Made by a program: the position numbers and the translations under genes
Assembly: GCA_963678275.1 (NCBI GenBank)
Contig: OY782765.1
Span: forward strand, 3,047,700-3,111,699
Length of the DNA stretch: 64,000 bases
Source: Melioribacteraceae bacterium
GTDB lineage: Bacteria; Bacteroidota; Ignavibacteria; Ignavibacteriales; Melioribacteraceae
Direction: 5' to 3'
Shown: piece after piece, positions 18,517 through 29,020 of the stretch
Position numbering within the stretch: the stretch's first letter is position 1
How the letters are laid out: each line of letters opens with the position of its first letter
The notes under the pieces: model-generated
What the model saw: only the letters and a program-made list of their open reading frames with translations
The model's database searches: none
Told to the model about the DNA's origin: nothing

Positions 18517-20415
18517 ATGGCTGAAATGACAAGTTTTATCAGTCCGGCAATAACACGTCGGCCTGTGGAAGTAATAATCTGGGTTTTAACCGGACTTAGC
18601 CCTGCCCAAAAGAGCAACGCTTTGGATGAGATCAGAAGCGCTTTACAAACCTGGGAAGATGTTGAAACCTCACATCTCAAATTTACCGTTAAAGAAATAA
18701 TTGAGCAGGATGAAAGACCTGATATCGAAGATCATCAGCTTTTGTTGAAATGTGGCCCCGCGGACAAAATAACAAGCGGCTCGGCTCAATTCCCCTATGG
18801 TGGTAATCCTGGAGAATGGTATGGTGTTGCCGCGGACAATGACCGAGTTAACATAAAGAAAACCGCGGTTCATGAGATCGGGCATACAATCGGACTTCAT
18901 CACTCAACCATAAGTGAATATTTTGAAAAAGAATATCGCCCTGTTATGCACTATAATAAAGAACATTCAGAAAATTATCCCACTATGGATGATAAAATCG
19001 GCCTTTCGCTTCTCTACCCTGATCCCGATGAACCTTTAAACTCGGTCGGTGGCACAATCAGAGGCAGGTTGGTAATGAAAAGCTCCGGAGTTCCGGTTTC
19101 AGGTGTAAATATTGTTGCCGTGGATGTATATAACGGTAGTCCGGTTTATGCTCACTTTTCCGGACCAAGAACATCACAAATGAATATCCAGGATGAAGGG
19201 GAGTTCATCCTGTCCGGTCTTCCTCCTTCAAAATATAAACTAAAAATACTTGATGGTAACAGCTATCATGGCGGAATGACAGGGATACGAAATATTGCCG
19301 AAGGAGAAAATTATAACAGATTGAGAAAAGGTTACCAGGCAGATAATTTTGATGAATTTGAAATTGGTAATTACAATATCGAAACAGGAGATTTCCGAGA
19401 TCTGGGTGATATCAATATTGATATCAAAAATATGAGCATCGATAAAATGTTTCACGGCGTTTTCCCTGAAAAATATAATTCTTTTGTTCCGGCAAATATT
19501 GAACTGCCCAATGCCAAACTTAATGAACCTTATGAACACTGGCTGCATATCTCGGGTGGTTTGAGAAATATTTCTGTAACAAGTAAAGGCAAACCTTTAG
19601 GTATTAAAGTCGAAATTGCCGGTGATCAGCGGGTCAAAAATGTCGGCATTCACGGCGCTCACTATGTCAGGATACATGGCACGCCTGAATACTCAGGTTT
19701 TCATACAATCGAGATCAAACTTACCGACAGCGCCGGAAAATTTAAATACTTCCATTTTAATCTCGCGATAGAGCCCCTTCCCGCTAAAGAACTGGTAGCC
19801 GAATATCATTTTAACCGCGATGGTCATGATTACAGCAACAATAACAGACACGCGATCTGTTTCGGGCGGTTTACAGAAAATCACAAGGGAGAAGCCAGGA
19901 AAGCGCTAAAACTATTTGGTATAAATGATATGGCATTTCCAATTTTTGAAAAAGGATTTGATCTGAAAGATTTTACGATAGCTGTTATACTCAAACTCGA
20001 TAAACTCCGCGACAAAAAAGAATTTATTTTCTCCAAAGGATATCGTTATGGAAATTACAGCGTCTATCGTGAAGAAAAAGGAGAACGATATGCAGGTTAT
20101 GCGATGATTGGCCGGCAAAAACATAACACAACAGTTACCTGGAGAAGAAAAATCTCCAATTCTCCTCTCCCGGAAAATGAATTCTTTTCACTTATTCTCA
20201 GACTTGAAGATGATATTTTAAAATCTTACATAAATGGTGAACTCGAAAAAACCATCAGGAATGTTCCTCCGCCGAGGTTTAATGATTACACTTTTATGAT
20301 GGGAGCCGGTGGAATAACAGGTCTCTCCGGTTTTATGAAAGGGATAATTGATGATGTTTGGGTTTATAATTACGCCCTGGGTGAAACGGAAATCGAACAG
20401 TTGGGTAAGCTGTAA
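18517..20415 (+). CDS. Metzincin-type zinc metalloprotease fused to a LamG/concanavalin-like domain
   Basis: The HEIGHTIGLHH (HExxHxxGxxH) motif is present, with a carboxypeptidase-regulatory-like beta segment in the middle. The C-terminus FMKGIIDDVWVYNYALGETEIEQL is typical of LamG (Laminin_G_3) domains. Confidence 0.85.
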   Translation: MAEMTSFISPAITRRPVEVIIWVLTGLSPAQKSNALDEIRSALQTWEDVETSHLKFTVKEIIEQDERPDIEDHQLLLKCGPADKITSGSAQFPYGGNPGEWYGVAADNDRVNIKKTAVHEIGHTIGLHHSTISEYFEKEYRPVMHYNKEHSENYPTMDDKIGLSLLYPDPDEPLNSVGGTIRGRLVMKSSGVPVSGVNIVAVDVYNGSPVYAHFSGPRTSQMNIQDEGEFILSGLPPSKYKLKILDGNSYHGGMTGIRNIAEGENYNRLRKGYQADNFDEFEIGNYNIETGDFRDLGDINIDIKNMSIDKMFHGVFPEKYNSFVPANIELPNAKLNEPYEHWLHISGGLRNISVTSKGKPLGIKVEIAGDQRVKNVGIHGAHYVRIHGTPEYSGFHTIEIKLTDSAGKFKYFHFNLAIEPLPAKELVAEYHFNRDGHDYSNNNRHAICFGRFTENHKGEARKALKLFGINDMAFPIFEKGFDLKDFTIAVILKLDKLRDKKEFIFSKGYRYGNYSVYREEKGERYAGYAMIGRQKHNTTVTWRRKISNSPLPENEFFSLILRLEDDILKSYINGELEKTIRNVPPPRFNDYTFMMGAGGITGLSGFMKGIIDDVWVYNYALGETEIEQLGKL

Positions 20416-20430
20416 AATTTAATTCCCTGA

Positions 20431-20457
20431 AAGGCAGGCCATAAACCTGCCTTTTGG
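20431..20457. terminator. Bidirectional hairpin terminator between convergent genes
   Basis: The sequence is AAGGCAGG-ccataaa-CCTGCCTT-TTGG. It lies between the stop at 20415 (+) and the stop at 20460 (-). Confidence 0.6.
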
Positions 20458-20459
20458 TT

Positions 20460-21875
20460 TTAATAAAGAAATTTATACATTATTTCACTGAGCTGCTTTA
20501 CATCAATCTTTTTAATGAGAATTTTTTTGTCTTTATCCAACAGGTAGAGTTGCGGGGAGGATTTAATATCATATAACTTCATTACATCAACAATTCTTTT
20601 GGGATCGCCCACATTTGTCCAGCCGGTAATATGATTTTCCTCTACGAAATCACGGCAGTTTTTCACATCATCTCCAACCGAAGTGCAAACCGTGAAAATT
20701 TTCAATCCTTTGTCGTAATATTGATGAAATAAATCTTTCAGTTCCGGTATTTGATCAGTGCAAAGTTTACAGTCTTCACGCCAGAAATAAAGCAGTGTTA
20801 ATTTGGCTTCAATACTGTGAAGAGTTACTTCATCACCGTAATGATTGGGGAGCATAAAATCGGGAGCAGTTTTCCCAATCAGTAAAAGTTCAAGCGTTTT
20901 TGCGTTATCTACAATTTTTTCAAGCTGCTCTTCCTCTGTCCAGGGCGCCAGTCCTTTCGCGTAATAATTCAAACCAAGATGGACATAGACAGCATCCATC
21001 CCGATATACTTCGATTTCGCGTATTTATTAAGGAAATGAATAAGATAAAATTTGAATGTTTCTTCAGCCGGTTTCATTAACTCCAAAACCCTGTCTATTG
21101 CCGCCGAAATTGTATCCGGGTGTTGAACAGTAAGTTTGTCGATGAAATATTGTACCTTTTGAAAAAGGAATGGGGTTCGTAATAATCTTGAATCGGACAT
21201 ATTGATATTATCAAAATAATGGGCCTGGTAATAACGCCATCTTTTTTCATCCACCTGCGATTCATTTCCCTGGAATTCAGGAATCTGAATATCTTTCTGA
21301 GCCATGATTAAGGAGGCTGTAAAAGAGCCGGGATTGTTTTTAATTATCTCCAGCTGCCGTTCAGTCACTTCACTATTTATCTTTTCGAGTTTTTCATCAA
21401 TCACACGCGCCTTTTCCTCACTGACGAGGTCCTTTTCCTTATTGAGCGGATCGGCAATTTTTCTCTTTTCATTCAGAAACTTTAAATATGTTTGAAATAT
21501 TCTGTTTTCCGGAGCTTCTCCGTAAATTTCGAGATTTTCGGTAAGATCATCGATGTTAGTCCGAATGGAAAACCTCTGTTCACTTTTATCAATCAATATC
21601 TCGAAATATTTATTTTTCGGGGGAGCAACGATCATATAGATACCACCGGGAAGAATTTCATCACCCTGAAATACAAAGCTGTTATTTTCATTTACATAAG
21701 CGGTATCTTTGATATATGTATTATCTCCGTAATGATAAGCGAAATAAAGCTCGTTTTCTTCAAATCCCTCAATCTTTACTTCTACTCTGTAACCATCCGA
21801 AGCATTAATTATTGAAGCGATGAAAAGAAACATCACGAATACTGATAAAAAATAAGTCCTGATAACCGATTTCAT
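20460..21875 (-). CDS. TlpA/ResA-like thiol:disulfide oxidoreductase with N-terminal DUF4369-like domain (secreted)
   Basis: The likely start is MKSVIRTYFLSVFVMFLF (signal peptide). The C-terminal thioredoxin fold carries FWREDCKLCTDQIPELK (CxxC). Confidence 0.8.
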   Translation of the reverse strand: MKSVIRTYFLSVFVMFLFIASIINASDGYRVEVKIEGFEENELYFAYHYGDNTYIKDTAYVNENNSFVFQGDEILPGGIYMIVAPPKNKYFEILIDKSEQRFSIRTNIDDLTENLEIYGEAPENRIFQTYLKFLNEKRKIADPLNKEKDLVSEEKARVIDEKLEKINSEVTERQLEIIKNNPGSFTASLIMAQKDIQIPEFQGNESQVDEKRWRYYQAHYFDNINMSDSRLLRTPFLFQKVQYFIDKLTVQHPDTISAAIDRVLELMKPAEETFKFYLIHFLNKYAKSKYIGMDAVYVHLGLNYYAKGLAPWTEEEQLEKIVDNAKTLELLLIGKTAPDFMLPNHYGDEVTLHSIEAKLTLLYFWREDCKLCTDQIPELKDLFHQYYDKGLKIFTVCTSVGDDVKNCRDFVEENHITGWTNVGDPKRIVDVMKLYDIKSSPQLYLLDKDKKILIKKIDVKQLSEIMYKFLY

Positions 21876-22294
21876 TTTGCACCACCCGGATTGTGACATA
21901 ATATATAATTCAAATGCGCCGTATACTAATTTAGTTCAATTGCCGGTTATATCACAATTTTTCGTAACCATGAACAGGCGGAGCCGGAAACAATGGGGAA
22001 TGACGAATGACGAATTGGTTTTCCCGGAAATAATTTTTTTGAATCGAAATTGCTTTGGAGAAGCAGCATTATTGTAGCAAAAGATAGAATTAACCAGTAC
22101 GATCCCTGGAGGGGATCGACAGCGCTCAGCTAATACAAAACTATAATCAGAATTGTTGCTAAAAATTTTGCCATATTGCCGATAAATTAACTTATAGAAT
22201 AATTGTCAATTATCAATTGCCTTATTCATAAATAATTGTGGATTTAAATTTTGCTTAGAACCATAGCCCTTATAAACTACTCTTACTCAGATTA

Positions 22295-24118
22295 TTAAAT
22301 CTTCACCTTCATCTCACATTCTTTGCAATCAAATTCAAGCATAAGTTTTTTACCCGATTCATCGATCAGAAAAAGAGGTTCTTTGAAATGGGGTTTCTTC
22401 TCTTTTTTACACATTTCCAGTTCATTAAGTATACAATATTTTGTAAACATCACCTCTTTATCCTTCATGTCCGGTACCGCTTCTGCTCCTTTGCCTGTCT
22501 CTTTTACGCCATGGGTTTTATAAAATTTCTCAGCAAAACTGTTAATAACATTTCCCCTGTAATCCAGAATTTCCAAAGGGTAAACTGCATCTGCCGATCT
22601 TTCTCCGGGACTCATCACAGGCCTGTTCAACTCCCTTTCGGCAAGAAGTTTTTCGAGAATTTCCCTCCTGAAGCTATTTAAAACAGAAACGGGAACGAAG
22701 GGAATATCCGTAATTTCAATAACTACATCACTAACATTAAATATGGTATCCCCCGATTTACTCAGTTGTTTTTTAATCGCCGAGATGCTTTTTTCCCTGT
22801 TTTTAGCTTTTTCAAATTCGTTGTTGTATTCCGGCTCAACTATATTACCATCCTCATCCTTGGCGACTACTTTTATTTTTGACCCATCTGCCTTAACTTC
22901 AAGAATAACATCTATTTTCCTTGAAGAGGTTCCGGAGCTAAGCGCCTTGTGGAAATCGTGATCATGATTCCTGAATATCTCCAGCCCTGACTTGATATTT
23001 AACATCTTCTCGGGGAATATTTTTCCATCTTCAAATTTATAAACCGAAGTTCCTTCCAGTTCTCCGGTCTTGTTAAAGTAAGAGATGCCATCCCCCGGAG
23101 TTAGAATTATTCCTTTGTTATTAAGGATAAAATAATTATTCATCACCTTTCTAACCCTCCCGACGAATTCCCCTCTCATTTTGGGTGAATTTATTGATCC
23201 CGGTTTTTGCCTGCCCCCGTTAAGAAAGTAACTGGTAAAACCTCTGTTAAAACTTTTAGCCGGATCGGGAGTGAAATCTGCCTTACTTGTCCCGGAGGAA
23301 CTTTTCCCTGCTCCCCGCGCCTCCAGAATATAATCGAGCCGCTTTCTATAATGGGCGACAACATTCCTGACATAAGAGCTGCTTTTAAGTCTTCCCTCAA
23401 TCTTAAAGGATGTTATCCCGGCATCCAGCAGATCAGCCAGATGATCAGATAAATTCAGGTCTTTTAGTGATAATAAATATTTCCCTTTTTCGATCATTTT
23501 CCCGGCTGAATCGACCAGGTCATATTTTTTTCTGCATGGCTGCGCGCATTCCCCCCTGTTCGCGCTTCTTCCACCCGCGGCATAACTCAGGTAACACTGC
23601 CCGCTATAAGACACACATAAAGCGCCATGAATAAAAAACTCCAGTTCAATATCCGGCGCGGCGGTTCTGATTTTTTTTATCTGCTTCAGCGACAGCTCCC
23701 TCGCCAGGATTACTCTTTTAAAGCCGACATCCTGTAAAAATTTAATTTTGGCCCGATTCCTGTTATCTGTCTGAGTGCTTGCTATCAAAGGAATAGGGGG
23801 AAGTCCCGCCTCCAAAAGTCCCATATCCTGGATTATCAGCCCGTCCGCTCCCGCCTCATATAAACGTTTGCTTAATCTTACGGCCTCCTCAACCTCCGGG
23901 TCATGGAGCAGTGTATTAAGTGTTACATATACCCTCGCATAATACTGATGAGCATATTTAATCAGGATTTCTATATCAGCGATACTGTTCCCGGCATTTT
24001 TTCTTGCCCCGAATTTAGGCGCGCCTGTATATACCGCGTCCGCCCCGGCATTTATCGCCTCAATCCCCGCTTCAAGATTTCCCGCGGGAGCAAGGAGCTC
24101 TGTTAAATTATTCTTCAA
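22295..24118 (-). CDS. Peptidase U32 family protein (long form with C-terminal extension)
   Basis: The N-terminus is ELLAPAGNLEAGIEAINAGADAVYTGAPKFGARKNAGN. The U32 signature E-x-F-x-H-G-A-L-C-x-S-Y-S-G-x-C appears as ELEFFIHGALCVSYSGQCYLS. Confidence 0.9.
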   Translation of the reverse strand: MKNNLTELLAPAGNLEAGIEAINAGADAVYTGAPKFGARKNAGNSIADIEILIKYAHQYYARVYVTLNTLLHDPEVEEAVRLSKRLYEAGADGLIIQDMGLLEAGLPPIPLIASTQTDNRNRAKIKFLQDVGFKRVILARELSLKQIKKIRTAAPDIELEFFIHGALCVSYSGQCYLSYAAGGRSANRGECAQPCRKKYDLVDSAGKMIEKGKYLLSLKDLNLSDHLADLLDAGITSFKIEGRLKSSSYVRNVVAHYRKRLDYILEARGAGKSSSGTSKADFTPDPAKSFNRGFTSYFLNGGRQKPGSINSPKMRGEFVGRVRKVMNNYFILNNKGIILTPGDGISYFNKTGELEGTSVYKFEDGKIFPEKMLNIKSGLEIFRNHDHDFHKALSSGTSSRKIDVILEVKADGSKIKVVAKDEDGNIVEPEYNNEFEKAKNREKSISAIKKQLSKSGDTIFNVSDVVIEITDIPFVPVSVLNSFRREILEKLLAERELNRPVMSPGERSADAVYPLEILDYRGNVINSFAEKFYKTHGVKETGKGAEAVPDMKDKEVMFTKYCILNELEMCKKEKKPHFKEPLFLIDESGKKLMLEFDCKECEMKVKI

Positions 24119-24291
24119 TGGTTTCTACTAACTATTTGTTCATTTTGAAATTGAGAACAAAACAATTTACATAAAATTCCCCCAATTGATAAATAATTAT
24201 TCCTTCAGTGAGATCAAATAGTTATAAAAATGTTTATTATTATTTGTCCCGGCCCTCTTTGCTGCAACCTGAGGAATTCTCAAGCGCTCTT

Positions 24292-25626
24292 TTATTTGAT
24301 TAACGACATCTTTTTTACCTCAATAAAATCACCGGCTGATACCTGGTAAAAATATGTTCCTGAAGCCAGCGCGGAACCATCGAATTTTAATGTATGGCTG
24401 CCCGCTTCCATTTTCTGATTCAAAGGTTCAGCAACCACTTCACCTAGAATATTAAATATTTTGACACTCACCTTGACATCTTCAGGCAGGCTGAATTTAA
24501 TCATAGTTGAAGGATTAAACGGATTGGGATAGTTCTGACTCAGATTGTAGTTCAGAGGGGTTTCAAGAGATATTACCTCTATATTTTTCACCGATTCATT
24601 TGTGATAATTATCTCTTCACCCGGGGCGATAGTCATATCGAGCAATTCTCCGTTAAATATGTCCCTGAGACGCAACGATATATCCCCGGCCTGTATTTTC
24701 AAAGGGTAACGCGCACCTGAAATCTGGATTATATTCGCGCCCGATTGGAGATCAGCAGCCATCATATTACCCGCGAAACGAACATCAAACGCTCCGTCGG
24801 GAGGAAGAGGCGGCAGTTCAGCTTTTCCTGTAATTTGTGAATTAATAAAAAGCGAGGTTCTATTACCGACATTATCTGTGATAAAAATCTTCGAAGAGCT
24901 ACTCAGTTTATTTTCACTGCCCGCGACTCTCTTTTTTAAAGACTGATTAATAACTATCTCTCCCGATTCTGCTGATTTAACCCAGTATCCATACCCGGGA
25001 GAAAGAATGTCTGCTATATTATATCCCTGCTGATAAAGGAAAAAAGAGGAAGTAATAATGTCCGCCGGCTGGGTAACTATATTGTCGACATCAATTTCTT
25101 CATTATAAACACCAATCATATTCCAGCCTGCATTGAGCGGGATATTGTCATTAATTTGCTCTCCGCTGATACTGATATTTTCCTGTGAATCGAATTTAAG
25201 CCAGTATCCTTTGCCCGGTTCAAGAATATCGGCGCTGAAATATCCGCTTTCAAAATAAAACGCGTTTGAAACAGCCGCGGGGAATAATGAATTCAGGGAC
25301 ATATCTTCAGCCAGCACAGGAACGGAAATTATATTCCAGTCGGCATTTACCGAAAATGCTGAAGTAATTCCTAATAATGAAGAGCCGAATCCTTCAGAAT
25401 CAAATGTCATTCTTGATACATCCGCTATCAGTGAAGAGCCCGATTGATTATCAGCCAAATGAAAATTTATTGAATCACCGGAACTGCTGAAAGTAATTTT
25501 CCTCAGGGATTCAACAGGAGCATTCCTGAAACTCCCGTCGGAATATTTTACATTCAGGTAGTCCTGCGCATTTATTATACTGAAAAGAAAAACAATTACC
25601 ATAAATGTCATTTTGACCAGTTTCAT
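24292..25626 (-). CDS. Secreted protein with T9SS C-terminal sorting domain
   Basis: The start is the ATG at 25626, preceded by GGAGG. The signal peptide is MKLVKMTFMVIVFLFSIINA. The C-terminus NYPNPFNPSTMIKFSLPEDVKVSVKIFNILGEVV..GTYFYQV is a Por secretion tail. Confidence 0.8.
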   Translation of the reverse strand: MKLVKMTFMVIVFLFSIINAQDYLNVKYSDGSFRNAPVESLRKITFSSSGDSINFHLADNQSGSSLIADVSRMTFDSEGFGSSLLGITSAFSVNADWNIISVPVLAEDMSLNSLFPAAVSNAFYFESGYFSADILEPGKGYWLKFDSQENISISGEQINDNIPLNAGWNMIGVYNEEIDVDNIVTQPADIITSSFFLYQQGYNIADILSPGYGYWVKSAESGEIVINQSLKKRVAGSENKLSSSSKIFITDNVGNRTSLFINSQITGKAELPPLPPDGAFDVRFAGNMMAADLQSGANIIQISGARYPLKIQAGDISLRLRDIFNGELLDMTIAPGEEIIITNESVKNIEVISLETPLNYNLSQNYPNPFNPSTMIKFSLPEDVKVSVKIFNILGEVVAEPLNQKMEAGSHTLKFDGSALASGTYFYQVSAGDFIEVKKMSLIK

Positions 25627-25807
25627 TTCGAACCTCCGGTAAAGAAGATAAATTTCAACATAGAAAAACAAATAAAATTTCAATTGTATTGATTTAATAT
25701 AAGTCAAATAGAATTAATCCGCATCCGAAATCTGTTGTTTTCCTTCCGGATTCCTCTTTTAAACAAATAAAAAGAGTCAATAATGGTAAATTTCCTCCTT
25801 GAAATTT

Positions 25808-27172
25808 CTACTTTTGTAAAACCTGGTTGAGCATCATCTTTAATTCTCTGATATTCGCCGGTCTTCCAATTATCCTCTTTTTATGATCAATCAGAAACAT
25901 AGTCGGAGTCGCGTAAACAGAATAATCAATCGCGGTTTTCCCTGACCAGCCGGATGATTCATTAACATGGATAAAATCAAATTTTTTCCTCTCAATATAT
26001 TCCTGCCACACTTTATTATCCTCCTCCAGCGAAATCGCTACTATTTCCAGTTTATCCTTCTCCACTGTTTTGATAAAATCATTCAATTCGGTAAGCAATT
26101 CATTGCAATGAGGGCACTCAATCGAATAAAACAAAAGCAGAATATTATCCGCCTGAACATCGTTAAGTTTTAGCAGGTTATCATTTCTGTCGGGAAGGAA
26201 TAATTCCGGAACTCTTTCACCTTTCCCGAACTTTTTTGCCTGCTCAATTCTTTTCGCGATCGCGTTCTCAAGCATTTCATTCAGGCACAAGTCATCCCTG
26301 ACCACATAATTTTCCACAATGTAATCAATAATAAGATCAAACCCGAACTGCCTGAATCCGTTTACCAGGTAATCAACAATATGCTGATAAACCAAAAGAT
26401 CGGCGCGGGCTTTAACAAGCAAGGTATCAATTGCTTTAATAAACTCCTTCTCGAGCTCTCCTTTCGAAAGGTTCGGATTACGATAATATGTAAGATATTC
26501 TATCGCTTTATTTGTAAAAACATCTGAGTATATAAGATCATAATCGTTAAAATCAACCTTATCGAGAGCGTGTTTTTTCAGTAATTCAAGCTGTAGTCCG
26601 GGAGGAAGATTCATATCAATAACCGGAAGCTGCGACGATTTGATATACCTGGCAATAAAACTACCCTTATCTTTTTGTGATTCACTGTTCACAAAGTCAA
26701 GGTATTCTTTCCTGAGCTTCAACAGAGTATTCCTTGTAAAGGAATAATATTCATCATCGCGGGGATAATTCGTGAGAATCAACTGAAGCAATTCACTTTT
26801 TATTTTAAAATCCCTGTTTAGTTTCAGTAACCGGAAATAAAGTCTGTTGCTTTCAGATTTGACAATTTTAAGACTGTCCGTTATCGCTTTAATACAAGTT
26901 TCCAAAACAACATCACCACCATCATAAATAAAATTCAGGAAATGACTCTCGTCAATTTTTAAGCGGTATATTCCATAATTGTTTCCCTCGAGATCAACTG
27001 AATATTTTTCCTCTGAATATTTAAGTGAATCAATCAATCTTAAGGTTTCTCCTTCCAGAATAAATAATTCAGCAGGTTTATCTGTACCTTTGATGATGAT
27101 TGAAATTTGCTGGGCATTGACTATATGAAAAGTGATCAAAACCAGAAAAAAGAAAAGTGATTTTCCCCTCAT
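25808..27172 (-). CDS. TlpA/ResA-like thiol:disulfide oxidoreductase, paralogue of 20460-21875
   Basis: The likely start is MRGKSLFFFLVLITFHIVNA. The thioredoxin fold has LLFYSIECPHCNELL (CxxC). The architecture matches the other redoxin. Confidence 0.8.
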   Translation of the reverse strand: MRGKSLFFFLVLITFHIVNAQQISIIIKGTDKPAELFILEGETLRLIDSLKYSEEKYSVDLEGNNYGIYRLKIDESHFLNFIYDGGDVVLETCIKAITDSLKIVKSESNRLYFRLLKLNRDFKIKSELLQLILTNYPRDDEYYSFTRNTLLKLRKEYLDFVNSESQKDKGSFIARYIKSSQLPVIDMNLPPGLQLELLKKHALDKVDFNDYDLIYSDVFTNKAIEYLTYYRNPNLSKGELEKEFIKAIDTLLVKARADLLVYQHIVDYLVNGFRQFGFDLIIDYIVENYVVRDDLCLNEMLENAIAKRIEQAKKFGKGERVPELFLPDRNDNLLKLNDVQADNILLLFYSIECPHCNELLTELNDFIKTVEKDKLEIVAISLEEDNKVWQEYIERKKFDFIHVNESSGWSGKTAIDYSVYATPTMFLIDHKKRIIGRPANIRELKMMLNQVLQK

Positions 27173-27299
27173 AACAAATTCTCTTCCAACTTTTATTTGA
27201 AAAAACATGTATAAACTTAAACTGGTAAACCCGGAACAAATTTGCAAAATAATACCGATTAAAAATGATCAATATTTACACTGCCTGAAAATAAAAATA

Positions 27300-28169
27300 T
27301 TACTCTTTTACAAAAATTATTTTTTCAACCGCTGCCCTGAAGAAATCTTTTGACCATATATCAAGAACCTCAGTATTATCGATAAAAGGCTGCACATCAT
27401 TTGCCGCTTTAGCTATATCCAGCTCTTCAATTCTTTGACAGATCAACTTGTAGAATTTTTTTTCAGAAAGTGGTTCAGAATCATTGTAATCTCCGGAGTC
27501 CCTCATGCGGGATTCAAGATGCTTAAGATTTAGCTTTGGGTATTTCGAAACATACCATGTAAAATCATACCAGTCACGGCCTTTGATTCTCGTTTTCCAT
27601 TTACGACATAACACAGCATGCATCTTTCCCGCGAATAGTGAAGGCAGTGTGAACGCCCTGACCGCAAACTGAACCGGGTTGAAAACATATTTCATCTCGG
27701 TGTTAAAATCCGGCGGAGGGATTGTATCCACTTCCAGCTTTATTTTTAGTGAAGCCTGCCTGTTTATTCCCCTGATAAGATTTTCCGGTACTTCCACTTT
27801 TAATAACTGCATATATGTATTCGTTTTTATAAAAGCCGGGTCAATCTGCGTTCTGCTTTTTTTTATTTTTCTTTCAAAGGTCACGTCAAAACCCCAGTCA
27901 TGTAATTCTCTTGTAATCGTATTGCCAAATTTATCAAAATCAAATTCGGCGGTTTTTAAGAGAGAAAAGTCAAGATCTTCCGAGTATCTGTCGAGCTGAT
28001 ATAGCACACGTAACGCTGTTCCCCCGTAAAAAGCAGCCTGATCAAAAAATTTAGCTCTCCATAACGCGAATAAGGTCAAAGATTGCAAGAGTTCCCGTAA
28101 ATACTGTAACTGTTCCGCTTCGGATTTCGGAGTCTTTCCTCTAAAAAAATCGATCATTAACTCATTCAT
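27300..28169 (-). CDS. AbiEii/AbiGii-family nucleotidyltransferase toxin (type IV TA / abortive infection)
   Basis: FYGGTALRVLYQLDRYSEDLDFSL is the DUF1814/AbiEii hallmark. The gene overlaps its upstream partner by 8 nt. Confidence 0.85.
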   Translation of the reverse strand: MNELMIDFFRGKTPKSEAEQLQYLRELLQSLTLFALWRAKFFDQAAFYGGTALRVLYQLDRYSEDLDFSLLKTAEFDFDKFGNTITRELHDWGFDVTFERKIKKSRTQIDPAFIKTNTYMQLLKVEVPENLIRGINRQASLKIKLEVDTIPPPDFNTEMKYVFNPVQFAVRAFTLPSLFAGKMHAVLCRKWKTRIKGRDWYDFTWYVSKYPKLNLKHLESRMRDSGDYNDSEPLSEKKFYKLICQRIEELDIAKAANDVQPFIDNTEVLDIWSKDFFRAAVEKIIFVKE

Positions 28170-28824
28170 CGCTCATTAGCTCCCTTTTGGCAAATTTAAC
28201 AAACCAATTAATTTTTCTTGAAGCATAAACTTTATTATAAAATTCCAGTTTATCAGGCATGAGAATTTTTTTAAGGGAATCTTCGTCCACCCTTAAATCG
28301 TCAAAAAGATAAGTACTATATGATGAAGGTGATGTAGGGTGAAACCTTCTATCCAGCCAGATTTTATCTATTAAAGCTTTCAGAGGCTCAGCAATCATAT
28401 AACTAACTCCATTATATCTTTCTATTTTTATACCCGGTGAAAATCTTTCCCTGCTTATCTGTGAGTAGCTGAACAATCCCACCGGTGTTCGAAAGGTTCT
28501 CGATCTTCCTGTTGTAACAGATGTAATTGTTTTTACTTTTTCAGGGATAATTCCGGCATTAGAGAGCACATATTCCAGACTCACACAGGATGGTCCGTAT
28601 ATTAAATTGGCGATTTGCTCAGGATATATATTTTCTTTCCTCCATATTTCCCCGAATACATATAAACCCTTTTTTATTCTGACTATATCACCGTTCCTGG
28701 TCAGCCTTGTTACGACATCCCGCGGTTTTTTGTATTGATTAAGCGCCTCCATTAACTGAAGATAGCTAAATATTTCCCCTGAAATATGTTCTCTGATTTC
28801 TTTTATAACTGACATTTTCTGCAT
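28162..28824 (-). CDS. AbiEi-like antitoxin / transcriptional regulator
   Basis: It sits immediately upstream of AbiEii and is translationally coupled to it. LTRNGDIVRIKKGLYVFG resembles the AbiEi N-terminal winged-helix motif. The start was chosen at the internal ATG (MQKMSVIKE..). Confidence 0.65.
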   Translation of the reverse strand: MQKMSVIKEIREHISGEIFSYLQLMEALNQYKKPRDVVTRLTRNGDIVRIKKGLYVFGEIWRKENIYPEQIANLIYGPSCVSLEYVLSNAGIIPEKVKTITSVTTGRSRTFRTPVGLFSYSQISRERFSPGIKIERYNGVSYMIAEPLKALIDKIWLDRRFHPTSPSSYSTYLFDDLRVDEDSLKKILMPDKLEFYNKVYASRKINWFVKFAKRELMSDE

Positions 28825-29020
28825 AGTATGTCCATTATTTTTGGACTTGCTATGCAATATAAGTGAGTATTCTTCAAAAAGCAAACAATCAATTCGTGAT
28901 TATTATCAATTTTAATAATCTTCAACAGAAAACCAGGGCAACAAACGAGAATCATTTACTTTTTTTTATTATATTCCGGTTCAGTTAGATTTGGCAATCA
29001 TTAAACCAAATGAGGTTGGA

